Assembly: GCA_028822815.1 (NCBI GenBank)
Contig: JAPKCW010000001.1
Location: 1 to 52,278, forward strand
DNA length: 52,278 bases
Direction of reading: 5' to 3'
Source of the DNA: Nitrospinaceae bacterium
Lineage (GTDB): Bacteria; Nitrospinota; Nitrospinia; Nitrospinales; VA-1
The notes beneath the pieces are model-generated. The model was not told the DNA's origin. It searched no databases and worked only from the letters and a program-made list of their open reading frames with translations. Made by a program: the position numbers and the translations under genes. Numbering within the stretch: position 1 is the first letter of the stretch; every line of letters begins with the position of its first letter. Positions 1 to 9,539 of the stretch are shown here, in pieces.

Positions 1-231
1 GCTAGCACATCGATTTCAGGTGGCCCCTAAAACCTGCGTTTTAAGCTTTAAATGTTGGAAAACCCAAAAACCATTTTATTTATAATCAGTTAGCTGTATT
101 TTGGTTAAATTCCTGGTTTTTGGGCAATATTCATCATAGCTCCTATCGGCTTGACGAGACCCAATCTTTAGAATTTCTCAGATTTTTTAACACTTTAGGT
201 CTTGCTCTTTGATTCTTTGTCGTTTAGCCAG

Positions 232-260
232 TTGAGAAAGCTTTAGCCGTTTGGTATAAT
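232..260 (+). promoter_or_regulatory. candidate sigma-70-type promoter upstream of the TPR lipoprotein gene
   Basis: TTGAGA (232-237), a 17-nt spacer, then TATAAT (255-260) with TGG directly 5' of the -10. There are 43 nt to the ATG at 304. Sequence match only. Confidence 0.4.
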
Positions 261-303
261 TTTCATTAGCTGAATCAAATAACTTTATAAAATATAAAAA
301 CTT

Positions 304-1107
304 ATGAGCTTTTTGATAACAAGAGCCTTGGTACCTAAAAAGTCATGTGCGGCTGTAATTTGTTCGCTTGCATTTGTATTTTTCACAGGTTGTGCTACTA
401 CTGACCTGCTGGACAAGCCGGGTGATCAAAAAGCTCAGGCCCAAAAAACATTCAGGGAAGCCCTCCAGGCAGGTTCGTTGAACCAGCAGGATCAAATGGT
501 GGTCTTGCTAAAAGAAGCTATTGAGCTGGATCCTGTAGACCCGAATTTTCATTTTTTTTTGGGACAGGCTTATTTTTCTAAGAGGAATCTTGAAAGAGCA
601 GAACAAGAATATTTAACAAGCATCAAATTAAACAATGATTTCAAGGAGTCTTATCGGCAGTTAGGTTTGATCTATATGCAACAGGGGCACTGGGAAAAGG
701 CGATCCAATATTTTCGGGAAGACTTGGCGCGACCAGGAACCCGGCGACCCCAACAGGTTTATAATTGGGTCGCGCTGTGCTTCTACAATCTGGGAAAAAA
801 GAATGAAGCGGAAATCGAGTGGAAAAAAGCTCTTGAGATAAAAGATAATGCAGGGATTCGGCTTAACCTGGCTCTGGCTTATATTAATCAGGAGCGTTTT
901 GATCGAGCTACGGAATTTTTGCAGAGGGCTCTATCTCTCAGGCCGCGTTTTTCTCAAGCCCATTTTGAGTTGGCACAACTATATTTGAAGGAAGCAAAAA
1001 AGGACCAGGCTCTGGATCATTTTCAAAAAGTAATTCTTTATTCCCCCAGAGGGGACTTGGCCAAAAAATCCAGGGAATATATACAATTAGTTCGTCCAAA
1101 TAAATAA
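304..1107 (+). CDS. TPR-repeat lipoprotein, PilW/PilF-like (type IV pilus biogenesis/stability family)
   Basis: 267-aa ORF. The signal peptide ends in the lipobox FFTGC. Several 34-aa TPR units follow. It sits directly upstream of a rodZ-like gene, as in the conserved pilW-rodZ neighbourhood. Confidence 0.75.
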   Translation: MSFLITRALVPKKSCAAVICSLAFVFFTGCATTDLLDKPGDQKAQAQKTFREALQAGSLNQQDQMVVLLKEAIELDPVDPNFHFFLGQAYFSKRNLERAEQEYLTSIKLNNDFKESYRQLGLIYMQQGHWEKAIQYFREDLARPGTRRPQQVYNWVALCFYNLGKKNEAEIEWKKALEIKDNAGIRLNLALAYINQERFDRATEFLQRALSLRPRFSQAHFELAQLYLKEAKKDQALDHFQKVILYSPRGDLAKKSREYIQLVRPNK

Positions 1108-1112
1108 AAATT

Positions 1113-2066
1113 ATGGTTGAAAATTTTGGTTCTTATTTAAAGCATGAACGTGAATTAAGGGGGGTGCCTCTGGAGGAAATCTCCGGGACCACTAAAATTC
1201 ATATTCGTTTTCTTAAAGCTCTTGAAGAGAACTCTTTTGACCAGCTCCCGGGCGAAGTTTTTATTAAGGGGTATATTCGCTCTTATGCCAACACCATCGG
1301 CTCGGATGTTGAGGAACTGCTCAATATCTATAAAGAATCTGTGGAATTCAACAAGCAGGAAAATTGCCCCCAAGAAACAGCTTCCTTTAATACACAACCC
1401 AAAACCTTCTTGGCATATGGCCTGTTAATTTTGGTGGCCGCCGGCTTCTTGTTTGGCGTGGGAGTCCTGATAAAAAATGGAATAGGAGATTCTTCAGGAA
1501 AATCGGAGGAAAAAAACGTCCCATTGCTTCAAATACAGGCTGGGGCAGCTAATCAGGAACCTTCAGTAAGTTCCAGCTCCGATTTATTTGAAGAACCACC
1601 TGTGGAAGAAAACGTGGATGCTCAGGAGGAAGACTCTGCCGACTTGGGGATTCCAGAACTTTCGATTCAAATCAATCCGTCCGGTAAACCTGCCAGAAAA
1701 GAAGATGTGGATGAGAAAAAAGTCTCACCTCCCCAAGAATCGATTGCACTGACCACACAGACCACAAGTGTTTCACAGCCTGATTTGGAGTCGCAAAATC
1801 CTGCAGACATTGAAAAATCTTTAAAGCTTTCGATTCATGTAAAAGAAATTTCGTGGTTTAATATGACCATCGATGATTTAAGGGAGGAAGATTTTATTCT
1901 CCCAGCGGGAACATCAAAGACCTTCTGGGGTAATGAAGCGATCCGCTTGACGATAGGTAATAAAACAGGAGTTGAATTGGTTTTAAATGGCAAGGCCATT
2001 ACTTTGCCAGAGAGTGAGGACAAAGTAGTCAAAGACTTTATTATTCACTCTAAACTGGTGGATTGA
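1113..2066 (+). CDS. rodZ: RodZ-like protein (N-terminal HTH, one TM segment, acidic/Ser-rich linker, C-terminal DUF4115-like domain)
   Basis: N-terminus reads GSYLKHERELRGVPLEEISGTTKIHIRFLKALEE (XRE-type HTH). A TM helix reads FLAYGLLILVAAGFLFGVGVLI. The C-terminal beta-rich segment reads SWFNMTIDD...LVLNGK. Confidence 0.7.
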   Translation: MVENFGSYLKHERELRGVPLEEISGTTKIHIRFLKALEENSFDQLPGEVFIKGYIRSYANTIGSDVEELLNIYKESVEFNKQENCPQETASFNTQPKTFLAYGLLILVAAGFLFGVGVLIKNGIGDSSGKSEEKNVPLLQIQAGAANQEPSVSSSSDLFEEPPVEENVDAQEEDSADLGIPELSIQINPSGKPARKEDVDEKKVSPPQESIALTTQTTSVSQPDLESQNPADIEKSLKLSIHVKEISWFNMTIDDLREEDFILPAGTSKTFWGNEAIRLTIGNKTGVELVLNGKAITLPESEDKVVKDFIIHSKLVD

Positions 2067-2069
2067 ATC

Positions 2070-3143
2070 GTGGCTAAAATTGATGCCTTCTTCAAACTGA
2101 TGAATGAACAGGGAGCTTCCGACTTACACTTGATTGCCGGATCTCAACCCATACTCAGGGTGCATGGAGATATGGAACGAGTTAAATACAAGGCGCTGGA
2201 AAATGATGAATTGAAGGCCATGTTATATGAAATTGCCCCGGAAAATAAAATCAAGGTTTTTGAAGAAACCGGTGATGTGGATTTCGCCTATGAAATTCCC
2301 AATCTGGCCCGGTATCGGGCGAATTATTTTCAGCAGAAATGGGGTGTGGGAGCGGTGTTCAGGGAAATTCCGAGCACAATTCTGACTGCCGAGCAACTGG
2401 GTCTCCCCAAAGTCATCACCAAACTCTCCATGTTGCATAAGGGAATGGTCCTGGTTACCGGGCCCACGGGAAGTGGTAAATCCACAACACTTGCCGCCAT
2501 GATGGACTACGTCAACAGAAACAAAAAAAGCCATATTATTACCGTTGAAGACCCGGTTGAATTTGTTCATAAAAGCCAAAGCTGTATTGTGAATCACCGT
2601 GAAGTGGGAGTGCATACAAAAGGGTTCAAATCTGCCCTGCGCGGTGCTTTGCGGGAAGACCCGGATATCATACTCGTTGGTGAAATGCGGGATTTGGAAA
2701 CCATTGAGCTGGCTTTGGAAGCCGCTTCCACGGGCCATTTGGTTTTTGGCACCCTTCATACCCAAAGCGCGGCAAAAACCGTTGACCGGATAATCGATGT
2801 GTTCCCGGCGCACCAGCAGCCGCAAATTCGTACCACCCTTTCTGAATCCTTGAAAGGAGTAATAGCTCAGAACCTGTTCAAACGTATCGATAAAAAAGGA
2901 AGAATGGCAGTACTGGAAGTCCTAGTAGTGACCCCGGCAGTTTCCAACCTGATTCGTGAGGGCAAGACCTTTCAAATTCCTTCGGCAATTCAGACAGGGA
3001 AAAAATTTGGCATGCAGTCATTGGACGATGCCATTCTCATAGCTTTGGAAGCGAAAAAAATCAGTCCGGAAGATGCATACGACAAGGCGATTGTTAAAGA
3101 GCGGTTCGTTCAATTCCTAAGTGAACCTCCAGAATTTTTATGA
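2070..3143 (+). CDS. pilT: type IV pilus retraction ATPase PilT
   Basis: GTG start 3 nt after the rodZ stop. Walker A is GPTGSGKST and Walker B is IILVGEMRD. The PilT signature AVSNLIREGK is present. The N-terminus (GASDLHL..G..P..RV.G) is typical of PilT. Confidence 0.93.
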   Translation: MAKIDAFFKLMNEQGASDLHLIAGSQPILRVHGDMERVKYKALENDELKAMLYEIAPENKIKVFEETGDVDFAYEIPNLARYRANYFQQKWGVGAVFREIPSTILTAEQLGLPKVITKLSMLHKGMVLVTGPTGSGKSTTLAAMMDYVNRNKKSHIITVEDPVEFVHKSQSCIVNHREVGVHTKGFKSALRGALREDPDIILVGEMRDLETIELALEAASTGHLVFGTLHTQSAAKTVDRIIDVFPAHQQPQIRTTLSESLKGVIAQNLFKRIDKKGRMAVLEVLVVTPAVSNLIREGKTFQIPSAIQTGKKFGMQSLDDAILIALEAKKISPEDAYDKAIVKERFVQFLSEPPEFL

Positions 3144-3150
3144 GTAAACT

Positions 3151-4323
3151 ATGAGAAAAGCAGAAATCGATCATATTTTAACCACCATGCTGGAAGCGTT
3201 CGGAAATATTTCCGATCTCAATATCACGGTTGGCAAAGCCTGCCAGGTGGAGTCGTCCGGAGAATTGACGGCAGTTCCCATTGACCCTCCCATCGAGATG
3301 CTCACGCCGTTCCAGGCAGAAATATTTGCCCTGAACCTGATCAACTCGGATAGGAGGCTGACGGAAATTTTAATCCAGCAAGGTTCCTGCGACTGTTCCT
3401 ATTTTTTAGTGGGTAAAGCCCGGTTTCGCGTGAATATATTTTCACAGCGCGGAAATTATACTGTCGTATTGAGAAAACTGGAGACACGAATACCATCCAT
3501 TGAAGACTTAAAGCTTCCGGGCCAGTTTGCCAAAGCCGCCGAAGAAAAAAATGGCCTTATCCTGGTTACAGGGGCGAACGGAAGCGGTAAATCGACGACG
3601 CTTGCGGCTTTGTTGAATAAAATGAACGAGGAGAAATCCATTCATATCATCACCCTGGAAGATCCTGTGGAATTTGTGCACCCCCATAAAAAATCTACCT
3701 TTAACCAGCGGGAATTGGGAAGCGATTATGATGCGTTTGCTACCGGGCTCCGGGCGGCCTTGCGCCAGGCACCCAAGGTTATTCTGGTTGGGGAAATGCG
3801 TGACCGGGAAACGGTTGAAATCGGCCTTAGCGCGGCGGAAACCGGCCATCTGGTCCTGAGTACACTGCATACGGTTGATGCCGGGCAAACCATCAACCGC
3901 ATCGTGGGCATGTTTTCCCAGGAAGAAGAGCAACAGATACGCATACGTCTGGCCGACACCATTCGCTGGATTATTTGTCAACGTCTGCTTCCTAAGGTAG
4001 GCGGGGGTCGGGTTGCCTTGCTCGAGATCATGACTTCTAATCTGCGGGTAAAAGACACCATCATTAATGGCGAGACAGAAGATAAAACTTTTTACGAAAT
4101 TATCACCAACGGCGATGCATACGGTATGTGGACCTTCGATCAGCATATACTGAAACTGTATCAGGAAGGTCTCATCACAGAAGAAACCGCCATGGCATAT
4201 GCTTCTCGCAAGGCTGTGGTAGGCCGGGGTATTGATACCCTCAAATCGGCTAAAGGGGAGAAGACTGCAGATATTGATGAGCTAAACATGGATGATGAGT
4301 ATGAGGCTAAGGTTCCAAAATAA
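3151..4323 (+). CDS. pilU: PilT-family ATPase, PilU-like paralogue with extended C-terminus
   Basis: Walker A is GANGSGKST and Walker B is VILVGEMRD. A His-box reads GHLVLSTLHT. It follows pilT directly, and the canonical PilT C-terminal signature is replaced. Confidence 0.8.
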   Translation: MRKAEIDHILTTMLEAFGNISDLNITVGKACQVESSGELTAVPIDPPIEMLTPFQAEIFALNLINSDRRLTEILIQQGSCDCSYFLVGKARFRVNIFSQRGNYTVVLRKLETRIPSIEDLKLPGQFAKAAEEKNGLILVTGANGSGKSTTLAALLNKMNEEKSIHIITLEDPVEFVHPHKKSTFNQRELGSDYDAFATGLRAALRQAPKVILVGEMRDRETVEIGLSAAETGHLVLSTLHTVDAGQTINRIVGMFSQEEEQQIRIRLADTIRWIICQRLLPKVGGGRVALLEIMTSNLRVKDTIINGETEDKTFYEIITNGDAYGMWTFDQHILKLYQEGLITEETAMAYASRKAVVGRGIDTLKSAKGEKTADIDELNMDDEYEAKVPK

Positions 4324-4339
4324 GAAAGGGTAAAGCAAG

Positions 4340-4999
4340 ATGCAAGTTACGTGTAATGCATGCCAGCGGTCGATGAACATTCCGGATGAGAAATTGCCGA
4401 AGGATCAGGCCTTTTCAATCACCTGCCCGGGTTGCAAAAACAAAATCAAGATAGATCAGCACCTGAAAACCAAAGACACACCGCCTAAACAAGAAGAGGC
4501 CTTGGATACGGCGGGCATGGTTGTGAATCAAGAAGAATTTGAAGATGATGAGGAATTGGTTATTTATGATGAAGATGACCAGTTGGCACTGATATTAGAC
4601 GAAAAAAACCAATCTGCCTGGACTAAAGTACTGGAAAGCAGGGGTTATAAAATCCAATACGCAAAATCGCTGGAACACGCGGTTCATAAAATGAAGTTTA
4701 CCCACTTCCATTTTATTGCCCTGCATGAAAACTACGGAAACCAGGACTTGGATAATAACCCCGTTTACAAAACCCTGATCGAAATGCCTATGGTGATTCG
4801 CAGGAACATTTTCGTTGCGTTGATGGGCAAAAATTTTAAGACCCTGAAAAACATGCAGGCCTTCCATAAAAGCGTCAATGTTGTGATCAATGAAAGCGAC
4901 ATAGAAAAGCTGGAAGATGTGTTAAAAAAATCGATTTCCGAAATTGAGATTTTTTACAAGGTATTCAAAGAAACTCTTCACTCTGCGGGGAAAGCATGA
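4340..4999 (+). CDS. MJ0042-type zinc-ribbon protein with acidic linker and degenerate receiver-like C-terminal domain
   Basis: The N-terminus has CNAC...CPGC (MQVTCNACQRSMNIP...ITCPGCKNKIKI). The C-terminal ~130 aa show an alternating beta/alpha pattern (LALILDE...KIQYA...FHFIALHENYG...IFVALMG...VNVVINES). This resembles a CheY-like fold without the phospho-acceptor Asp. Confidence 0.6.
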   Translation: MQVTCNACQRSMNIPDEKLPKDQAFSITCPGCKNKIKIDQHLKTKDTPPKQEEALDTAGMVVNQEEFEDDEELVIYDEDDQLALILDEKNQSAWTKVLESRGYKIQYAKSLEHAVHKMKFTHFHFIALHENYGNQDLDNNPVYKTLIEMPMVIRRNIFVALMGKNFKTLKNMQAFHKSVNVVINESDIEKLEDVLKKSISEIEIFYKVFKETLHSAGKA

Positions 5000-5421
5000 G
5001 CTTGCAAGACACTCCAATTCACCAACACTATGCCGATGGTGATATCATCATCACCGAAGGGATTATGAGTAATAATGCCTACGTGATCCTCAAAGGCAAG
5101 GTTCGCGTTACCAAGAAAATTGATAAAAAAATCGTAGCCGTAGGAACTCTCAAAGAGGGAGAAGTTTTTGGAGAGATGGGTCTGATCTCAGAAACCGTGC
5201 GCAGTGCTAACATAACCGCCATAGGCGATGTGACAGTTGGTGTCATATACAAGGAATTTTTTGATAAATCAATGAATGGACTTCAGGATGGTATGAAACC
5301 CATTATCCTGGCATTGGTGGAACGCTTGCGGATGACGACCCATTTGCTGACACGCATTGGACTAGAGCTTGAAAGCACAAAAAATAAAATTAATTCCTAT
5401 ACTTTAAAACAACAGGATTAG
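4996..5421 (+). CDS. stand-alone cyclic-nucleotide-binding (CAP-effector-type) domain protein
   Basis: 141 aa. The phosphate-binding cassette reads GEVFGEMGLISETVRSANITA (FGE...RSA). Its start overlaps the upstream stop by 4 nt (ATGA). Confidence 0.75.
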   Translation: MSLQDTPIHQHYADGDIIITEGIMSNNAYVILKGKVRVTKKIDKKIVAVGTLKEGEVFGEMGLISETVRSANITAIGDVTVGVIYKEFFDKSMNGLQDGMKPIILALVERLRMTTHLLTRIGLELESTKNKINSYTLKQQD

Positions 5422-5433
5422 TTCAAATCGATT

Positions 5434-6633
5434 ATGCCTACTTTTACTTACAAATCTCGGGTCCGGGGCAAAGTGAAAACCGGAGAAGTGGAAGCGGAAG
5501 ACGAAAAGGCCGCGGTCTCTAAACTGAAATTGCAGAACATCCGCGTTACCACCATTAAGAAAAAAGCCGGTGAAAGTGCTTTATTTGGCCCTAAAGTCCA
5601 TAAAATCACCACCCGCGATGTGGTCATTTTCACCCGTCAGTTTTCGACCATGGTCGATGCTGGGCTTCCTCTGGTCCAGTGCCTGGATATTCTTGGAAAA
5701 CAGTCTGACAATCCAACCTTTGGGGAAACAATTTTAAAGGTTAAGGGAAATATTGAAGTTGGAAATAACCTGTCGGAATCTCTGAAAAAATTTCCAAAGA
5801 TTTGGGACTCGCTTTACTGCAACCTGGTCGAAGCGGGAGAAGTGGGCGGAATCCTGGACATCATTCTCAGGCGTCTGGCAGCGTATATTGAAAAAGCGGA
5901 AGCGTTGAAGAAGAAAGTAAAAGCCGCCATGGTTTATCCGGGAGCGATTATGACGGTAGCTTTTGTCGTCGTAGGGTTTTTAATGGTCTTTGTTATCCCG
6001 TCGTTTGCCGCGGTGTTTGCGGGGGGAGGAAAGGAATTACCGGGTCCCACACAGATCGTTATGAATGTCAGCGACTTCTTCATAAACCAGTGGTACGTTA
6101 TGCTAGGGGGGGCGGTCGCTTTTTTCTTTACCTTTAAAAAAGTTTACGCCACCGAACGGGGAAATATTGAAATAGATCGGATTGCTTTAAAGCTCCCTGT
6201 ATTTGGAATTTTAATTCAAAAGGTTTCGGTGGCAAGGTTTTCGCGGACACTGGGAACTCTGATTTCAAGCGGAGTACCTTTGATAGAAGCGTTGGATATT
6301 TGCGCGCGGACCTCGGGAAATAAAATCGTGGAAATTGCCGTGTTCAAAACCATTCAGGCCATCAAAGAGGGTGAAACCATTGCCGCTCCCCTTTCACGAG
6401 AAGCTGTTTTTCCTCCCATGGTCATTCAAATGATTGATGTTGGCGAGGCCTCGGGCTCATTGGATAAAATGCTGTCCAAAATCGCAGACTTCTATGATGA
6501 AGAAGTTGATACAGCGGTTGATGGTCTAACGGCCCTGATGGAACCCATGCTCATGGTCTTCCTGGGGGTTATAATCGGATTCATTGTGGTTGCCATGTAC
6601 CTACCCATATTTAAAATGGGAGAGGCTATTTAG
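5434..6633 (+). CDS. pilC: type IV pilus inner-membrane platform protein PilC (GspF family)
   Basis: 399 aa with two GspF-type repeats (FTRQFSTMVDAGLPLVQCL / FSRTLGTLISSGVPLIEAL) and three TM segments. Confidence 0.92.
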   Translation: MPTFTYKSRVRGKVKTGEVEAEDEKAAVSKLKLQNIRVTTIKKKAGESALFGPKVHKITTRDVVIFTRQFSTMVDAGLPLVQCLDILGKQSDNPTFGETILKVKGNIEVGNNLSESLKKFPKIWDSLYCNLVEAGEVGGILDIILRRLAAYIEKAEALKKKVKAAMVYPGAIMTVAFVVVGFLMVFVIPSFAAVFAGGGKELPGPTQIVMNVSDFFINQWYVMLGGAVAFFFTFKKVYATERGNIEIDRIALKLPVFGILIQKVSVARFSRTLGTLISSGVPLIEALDICARTSGNKIVEIAVFKTIQAIKEGETIAAPLSREAVFPPMVIQMIDVGEASGSLDKMLSKIADFYDEEVDTAVDGLTALMEPMLMVFLGVIIGFIVVAMYLPIFKMGEAI

Positions 6634-6669
6634 ACGAAGATTGAATTCGTTGGCGAATCCGGCCGAGTT

Positions 6670-8370
6670 ATGAAACGCGAAATCCACAATCAGGATCAGG
6701 AATTAGAGCAACGAGTCAGAAGGATCATGCTCTTGAGGGTCTTCTTTTTGACCGGATTTGTGGGCCTCCTGCTTACCTTCCAAGAACGGCTGGGAATCAC
6801 CGCACCCATAGAGCCCCTCTGCATGGCTATTGGGGCAGGCTTTTTCATGTCCCTTGTTTATGCGGTTCTTTTTCGATTTTTGACCTTGACGGAAAATGCT
6901 TCACTCCAGGTCTCGGGAGATTTGCTGCTGGTAGGAGGCATTCTCTTCACCACAGGGGGTATTGACAGCCCCATTTCCTTCCTTTTCTTATTTGTAATTA
7001 TTGCATCCAGTGTCACGCTACCCAGGACCGCGGCCTATCTGGCCGCATCAGGCGCTATTATCATTTATGGGGTGCTGGTAGACTTGGAATATTTTGGCAT
7101 TATTACTCCGGTTTATTTGTTTCCTGAATCGAAGGTATCTTTTGAAAGCGGTTATGTTTTTTATGTGATTTTTCTAAACATTGTTTCCTATTACACGGTG
7201 GCTTATCTAAGCAGTTTTCTCTCGCATCGACTGCGAATAGTTAAAGAGGAACTGGTTCGTGCAAGCATCCATCTGGAAGAGCAAAGGGCTTTCAACCGCA
7301 ATATTGTACAGAACATGGGGAATGGCTTGATCACCACCAACCCGGGGGGCATGATCACATTGATCAACCCTGCCGCGAGAGCCCTCATAGGTTATTCCAC
7401 TGAAGAGAGTCTGGAGAAATCCGTTGAGCGGTTGATACCTTTGGCCGAATTGAAAAACCTGTTTTCCGAAGATAAAAAACTTATTCTTCCAAAACAGATT
7501 GAAGGTGAATACCAAAGAAAAGACGGAAAGATCATTTTTATCCGGATCAAAATTAGCCATCTTGCCGATCTTGATTTGCCGGGATACATTCTGGTATTTG
7601 AAGATCTCACCGAAGTAAAAGAAATGCAGGAAAAGGTTTCGAGGACAGAGCAGTTAGCGGCGGTGGGAAGGTTTTCGGCAGGCTTGGCCCATGAAATCAG
7701 AAACCCGCTGACTTCATTGAGCGGCTCCATCCAGGTTCTGGCAAGAGGCCTTAAACTTAGAGACTCCTATAAAAAACTGATGCAAATAGTTATTAAGGAA
7801 ACGGATCGCCTTAACGTCATTCTTTCAGATTTTCTCAATTATTCCCAACCTAGAAAGAACAATAATACCATTATAGATTTGACTCAACTTATTCAGGATG
7901 TAATCATCCTGTTAAAAAACAAAGAGGACATTAGCTCTAAAAAACAGATTGTTTTCAAGGGAACGACAGACCATCTGATTCTAAATGGAGACGAGGAACA
8001 AATTAAACAGGTTGTATGGAATTTGTGTATCAATGCCTTGGAAGCGATGTCCCAAGGAACCCTGACCTTGAAACTCAAGGAGGTTTTTTCTTTTCGTAGC
8101 GGAGAATTTCAAGCAAATCACCGCGGCATGGTTCTTGAGGTTCAGGATGAAGGTTGCGGCATTGCCCTCGACCAGATCAATAATATTTATGACCCTTTTT
8201 ATTCCAGCAAGAAAAATGGGGTAGGCTTAGGGTTGGCGACCGTTTACCAAATTGTCAACCGAAACGAGGGGGTCATGGATGTTAAAAGCACCGTTGGCAA
8301 AGGAACTTTATTCACAGTTTTCCTTCCGGATCAGGACAGCTTAAAATCCGTTCCTATGCTTTCTCACTGA
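6670..8370 (+). CDS. pilS: membrane sensor histidine kinase, PilS-like (multi-TM N-terminus, PAS, HisKA, HATPase_c)
   Basis: About six N-terminal TM helices and a PAS-like segment (NIVQNMGNGLITTNPGG). The H-box is GLAHEIRNPL. The N/G boxes are WNLCINALEA, DEGCGI and GVGLGL. It lies downstream of pilC. No pilR follows. Confidence 0.75.
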   Translation: MKREIHNQDQELEQRVRRIMLLRVFFLTGFVGLLLTFQERLGITAPIEPLCMAIGAGFFMSLVYAVLFRFLTLTENASLQVSGDLLLVGGILFTTGGIDSPISFLFLFVIIASSVTLPRTAAYLAASGAIIIYGVLVDLEYFGIITPVYLFPESKVSFESGYVFYVIFLNIVSYYTVAYLSSFLSHRLRIVKEELVRASIHLEEQRAFNRNIVQNMGNGLITTNPGGMITLINPAARALIGYSTEESLEKSVERLIPLAELKNLFSEDKKLILPKQIEGEYQRKDGKIIFIRIKISHLADLDLPGYILVFEDLTEVKEMQEKVSRTEQLAAVGRFSAGLAHEIRNPLTSLSGSIQVLARGLKLRDSYKKLMQIVIKETDRLNVILSDFLNYSQPRKNNNTIIDLTQLIQDVIILLKNKEDISSKKQIVFKGTTDHLILNGDEEQIKQVVWNLCINALEAMSQGTLTLKLKEVFSFRSGEFQANHRGMVLEVQDEGCGIALDQINNIYDPFYSSKKNGVGLGLATVYQIVNRNEGVMDVKSTVGKGTLFTVFLPDQDSLKSVPMLSH

Positions 8371-8398
8371 TATAAAAAAATTAAAAAGGATATCGACA

Positions 8399-8635
8399 AT
8401 GCCAGGAGAGGGACCTATAAAAATAACCGATACCGAGGAAATTGCTGTTTGCACCTGTATGCAGTCCAACCACTGGCCGTTTTGCGATGCCACGCATCAC
8501 ACCACCGGCGGCGATGGGCCGGAAATATTAAAGCTGGATAAAAATAAAACCTATTTATTATGTGGTTGCTTCAGAACGAAAAACAGGCCTTTCTGCGACG
8601 GATCACACGAAAAAATCAAAAAGACTGACCTATAA
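8399..8635 (+). CDS. CDGSH iron-sulfur domain protein (two motifs)
   Basis: CTCMQSNHWPFCDATH (Gly replaced by Ala) and CGCFRTKNRPFCDGSH (canonical C-x-C-x2-T-x3-P-x-C-D-G-S-H). Confidence 0.8.
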   Translation: MPGEGPIKITDTEEIAVCTCMQSNHWPFCDATHHTTGGDGPEILKLDKNKTYLLCGCFRTKNRPFCDGSHEKIKKTDL

Positions 8636-8717
8636 AAGGATATACGGGTCATTGCTAATTCCCGCCCATGCGTGACACCTCTGCATTTTATCAGCCGATT
8701 TGTACAAGTATCATCGA

Positions 8718-9539
8718 ATGAAAAATATTTTTAATACCCTGACGGGTTTGATGATGGTTCTTTTTTTCTCGTCATGCGCCCTGCAAAAAAAAACTTTTGA
8801 AAATATGGCCTTCATTCCCGAAGGATCATTCACCATGGGTTTTAAAATAGAGAATGATAACGAATGGGGAGATATGGATGAAGACCCGGTTCATGAAGTT
8901 ACCCTCAATGCTTACTGGATGGATAAATATGAGGTGACAAGTTTTGACTTCGCCGAGTTTCTCAATTTCCATCAGGCCTCTGCCGGGCGGTTTATAGAAA
9001 TCACCCCAAGCGTTACGGTTGAGCTGGTGGACGGAAAATATAAACCACGGGTTGGATTGGAGAACCTCCCTGTCAACCGGGTCTCCTGGTATGGTGCCGA
9101 TGCCTATTGCCGATGGAAAAGCAAACGCTTGCCCACGGAAGCTGAATGGGAAAAAGCCGCGCGGGGAACCGACCAGAGAATTTTTCCCTGGGGAAACGAA
9201 TTTCCTGACAACAAGCGTGTGACTTTCCGGCGTAAATTTTCTGACCTGGGTTTCAAAGTAATGGAGCCTGTAAATAGCATGAGCCGGGGTGTTTCTCCTT
9301 ACGGCATCCATCATATGGCGGGTAATGTCTGGGAATGGGTTGCCGATTGGTTTGACGGTGGAACCTATGAAGACTCTGAACAAAAAAACCCGCAAGGGCC
9401 TGAAACCGGAATCAGCAAGATTCTAAGGGGGGGCAACTGGTATTACAAGGCCTACTATATGAGAACTACCTACCGCTTTAACGAACGGCCCGATCAGTTT
9501 AATATCTGGCAAGGCTTCCGCTGCGCCCGCCGCCACTAG
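8718..9539 (+). CDS. formylglycine-generating-enzyme (FGE/SUMF1) family lipoprotein
   Basis: FGE-family motifs are present: RVSWYGADAYCRWKSKRLPTEAEWEKAARG, GNVWEWVADW, RGG..Y, and GFRCAR at the C-terminus. I prefer ATG 8718 (MKNIF...FFSSCA lipobox) over the TTG at 8700 in the ORF track. The stop TAG lies inside a repeat. Confidence 0.85.
   Translation: MKNIFNTLTGLMMVLFFSSCALQKKTFENMAFIPEGSFTMGFKIENDNEWGDMDEDPVHEVTLNAYWMDKYEVTSFDFAEFLNFHQASAGRFIEITPSVTVELVDGKYKPRVGLENLPVNRVSWYGADAYCRWKSKRLPTEAEWEKAARGTDQRIFPWGNEFPDNKRVTFRRKFSDLGFKVMEPVNSMSRGVSPYGIHHMAGNVWEWVADWFDGGTYEDSEQKNPQGPETGISKILRGGNWYYKAYYMRTTYRFNERPDQFNIWQGFRCARRH

Noticed and set aside
2223-2825. A 200-aa ORF antisense to pilT. Similar long antisense ORFs occur at 3508-4146, 8826-9395, 22627-23124, 27025-27525, 28562-29026, 45171-45719 and 45777-46331.
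   Set aside because: Each lies wholly inside a gene that has strong family signatures on the opposite strand. Their translations are Arg/Gly/Pro/Phe-rich with no recognisable motifs. They are shadow ORFs.
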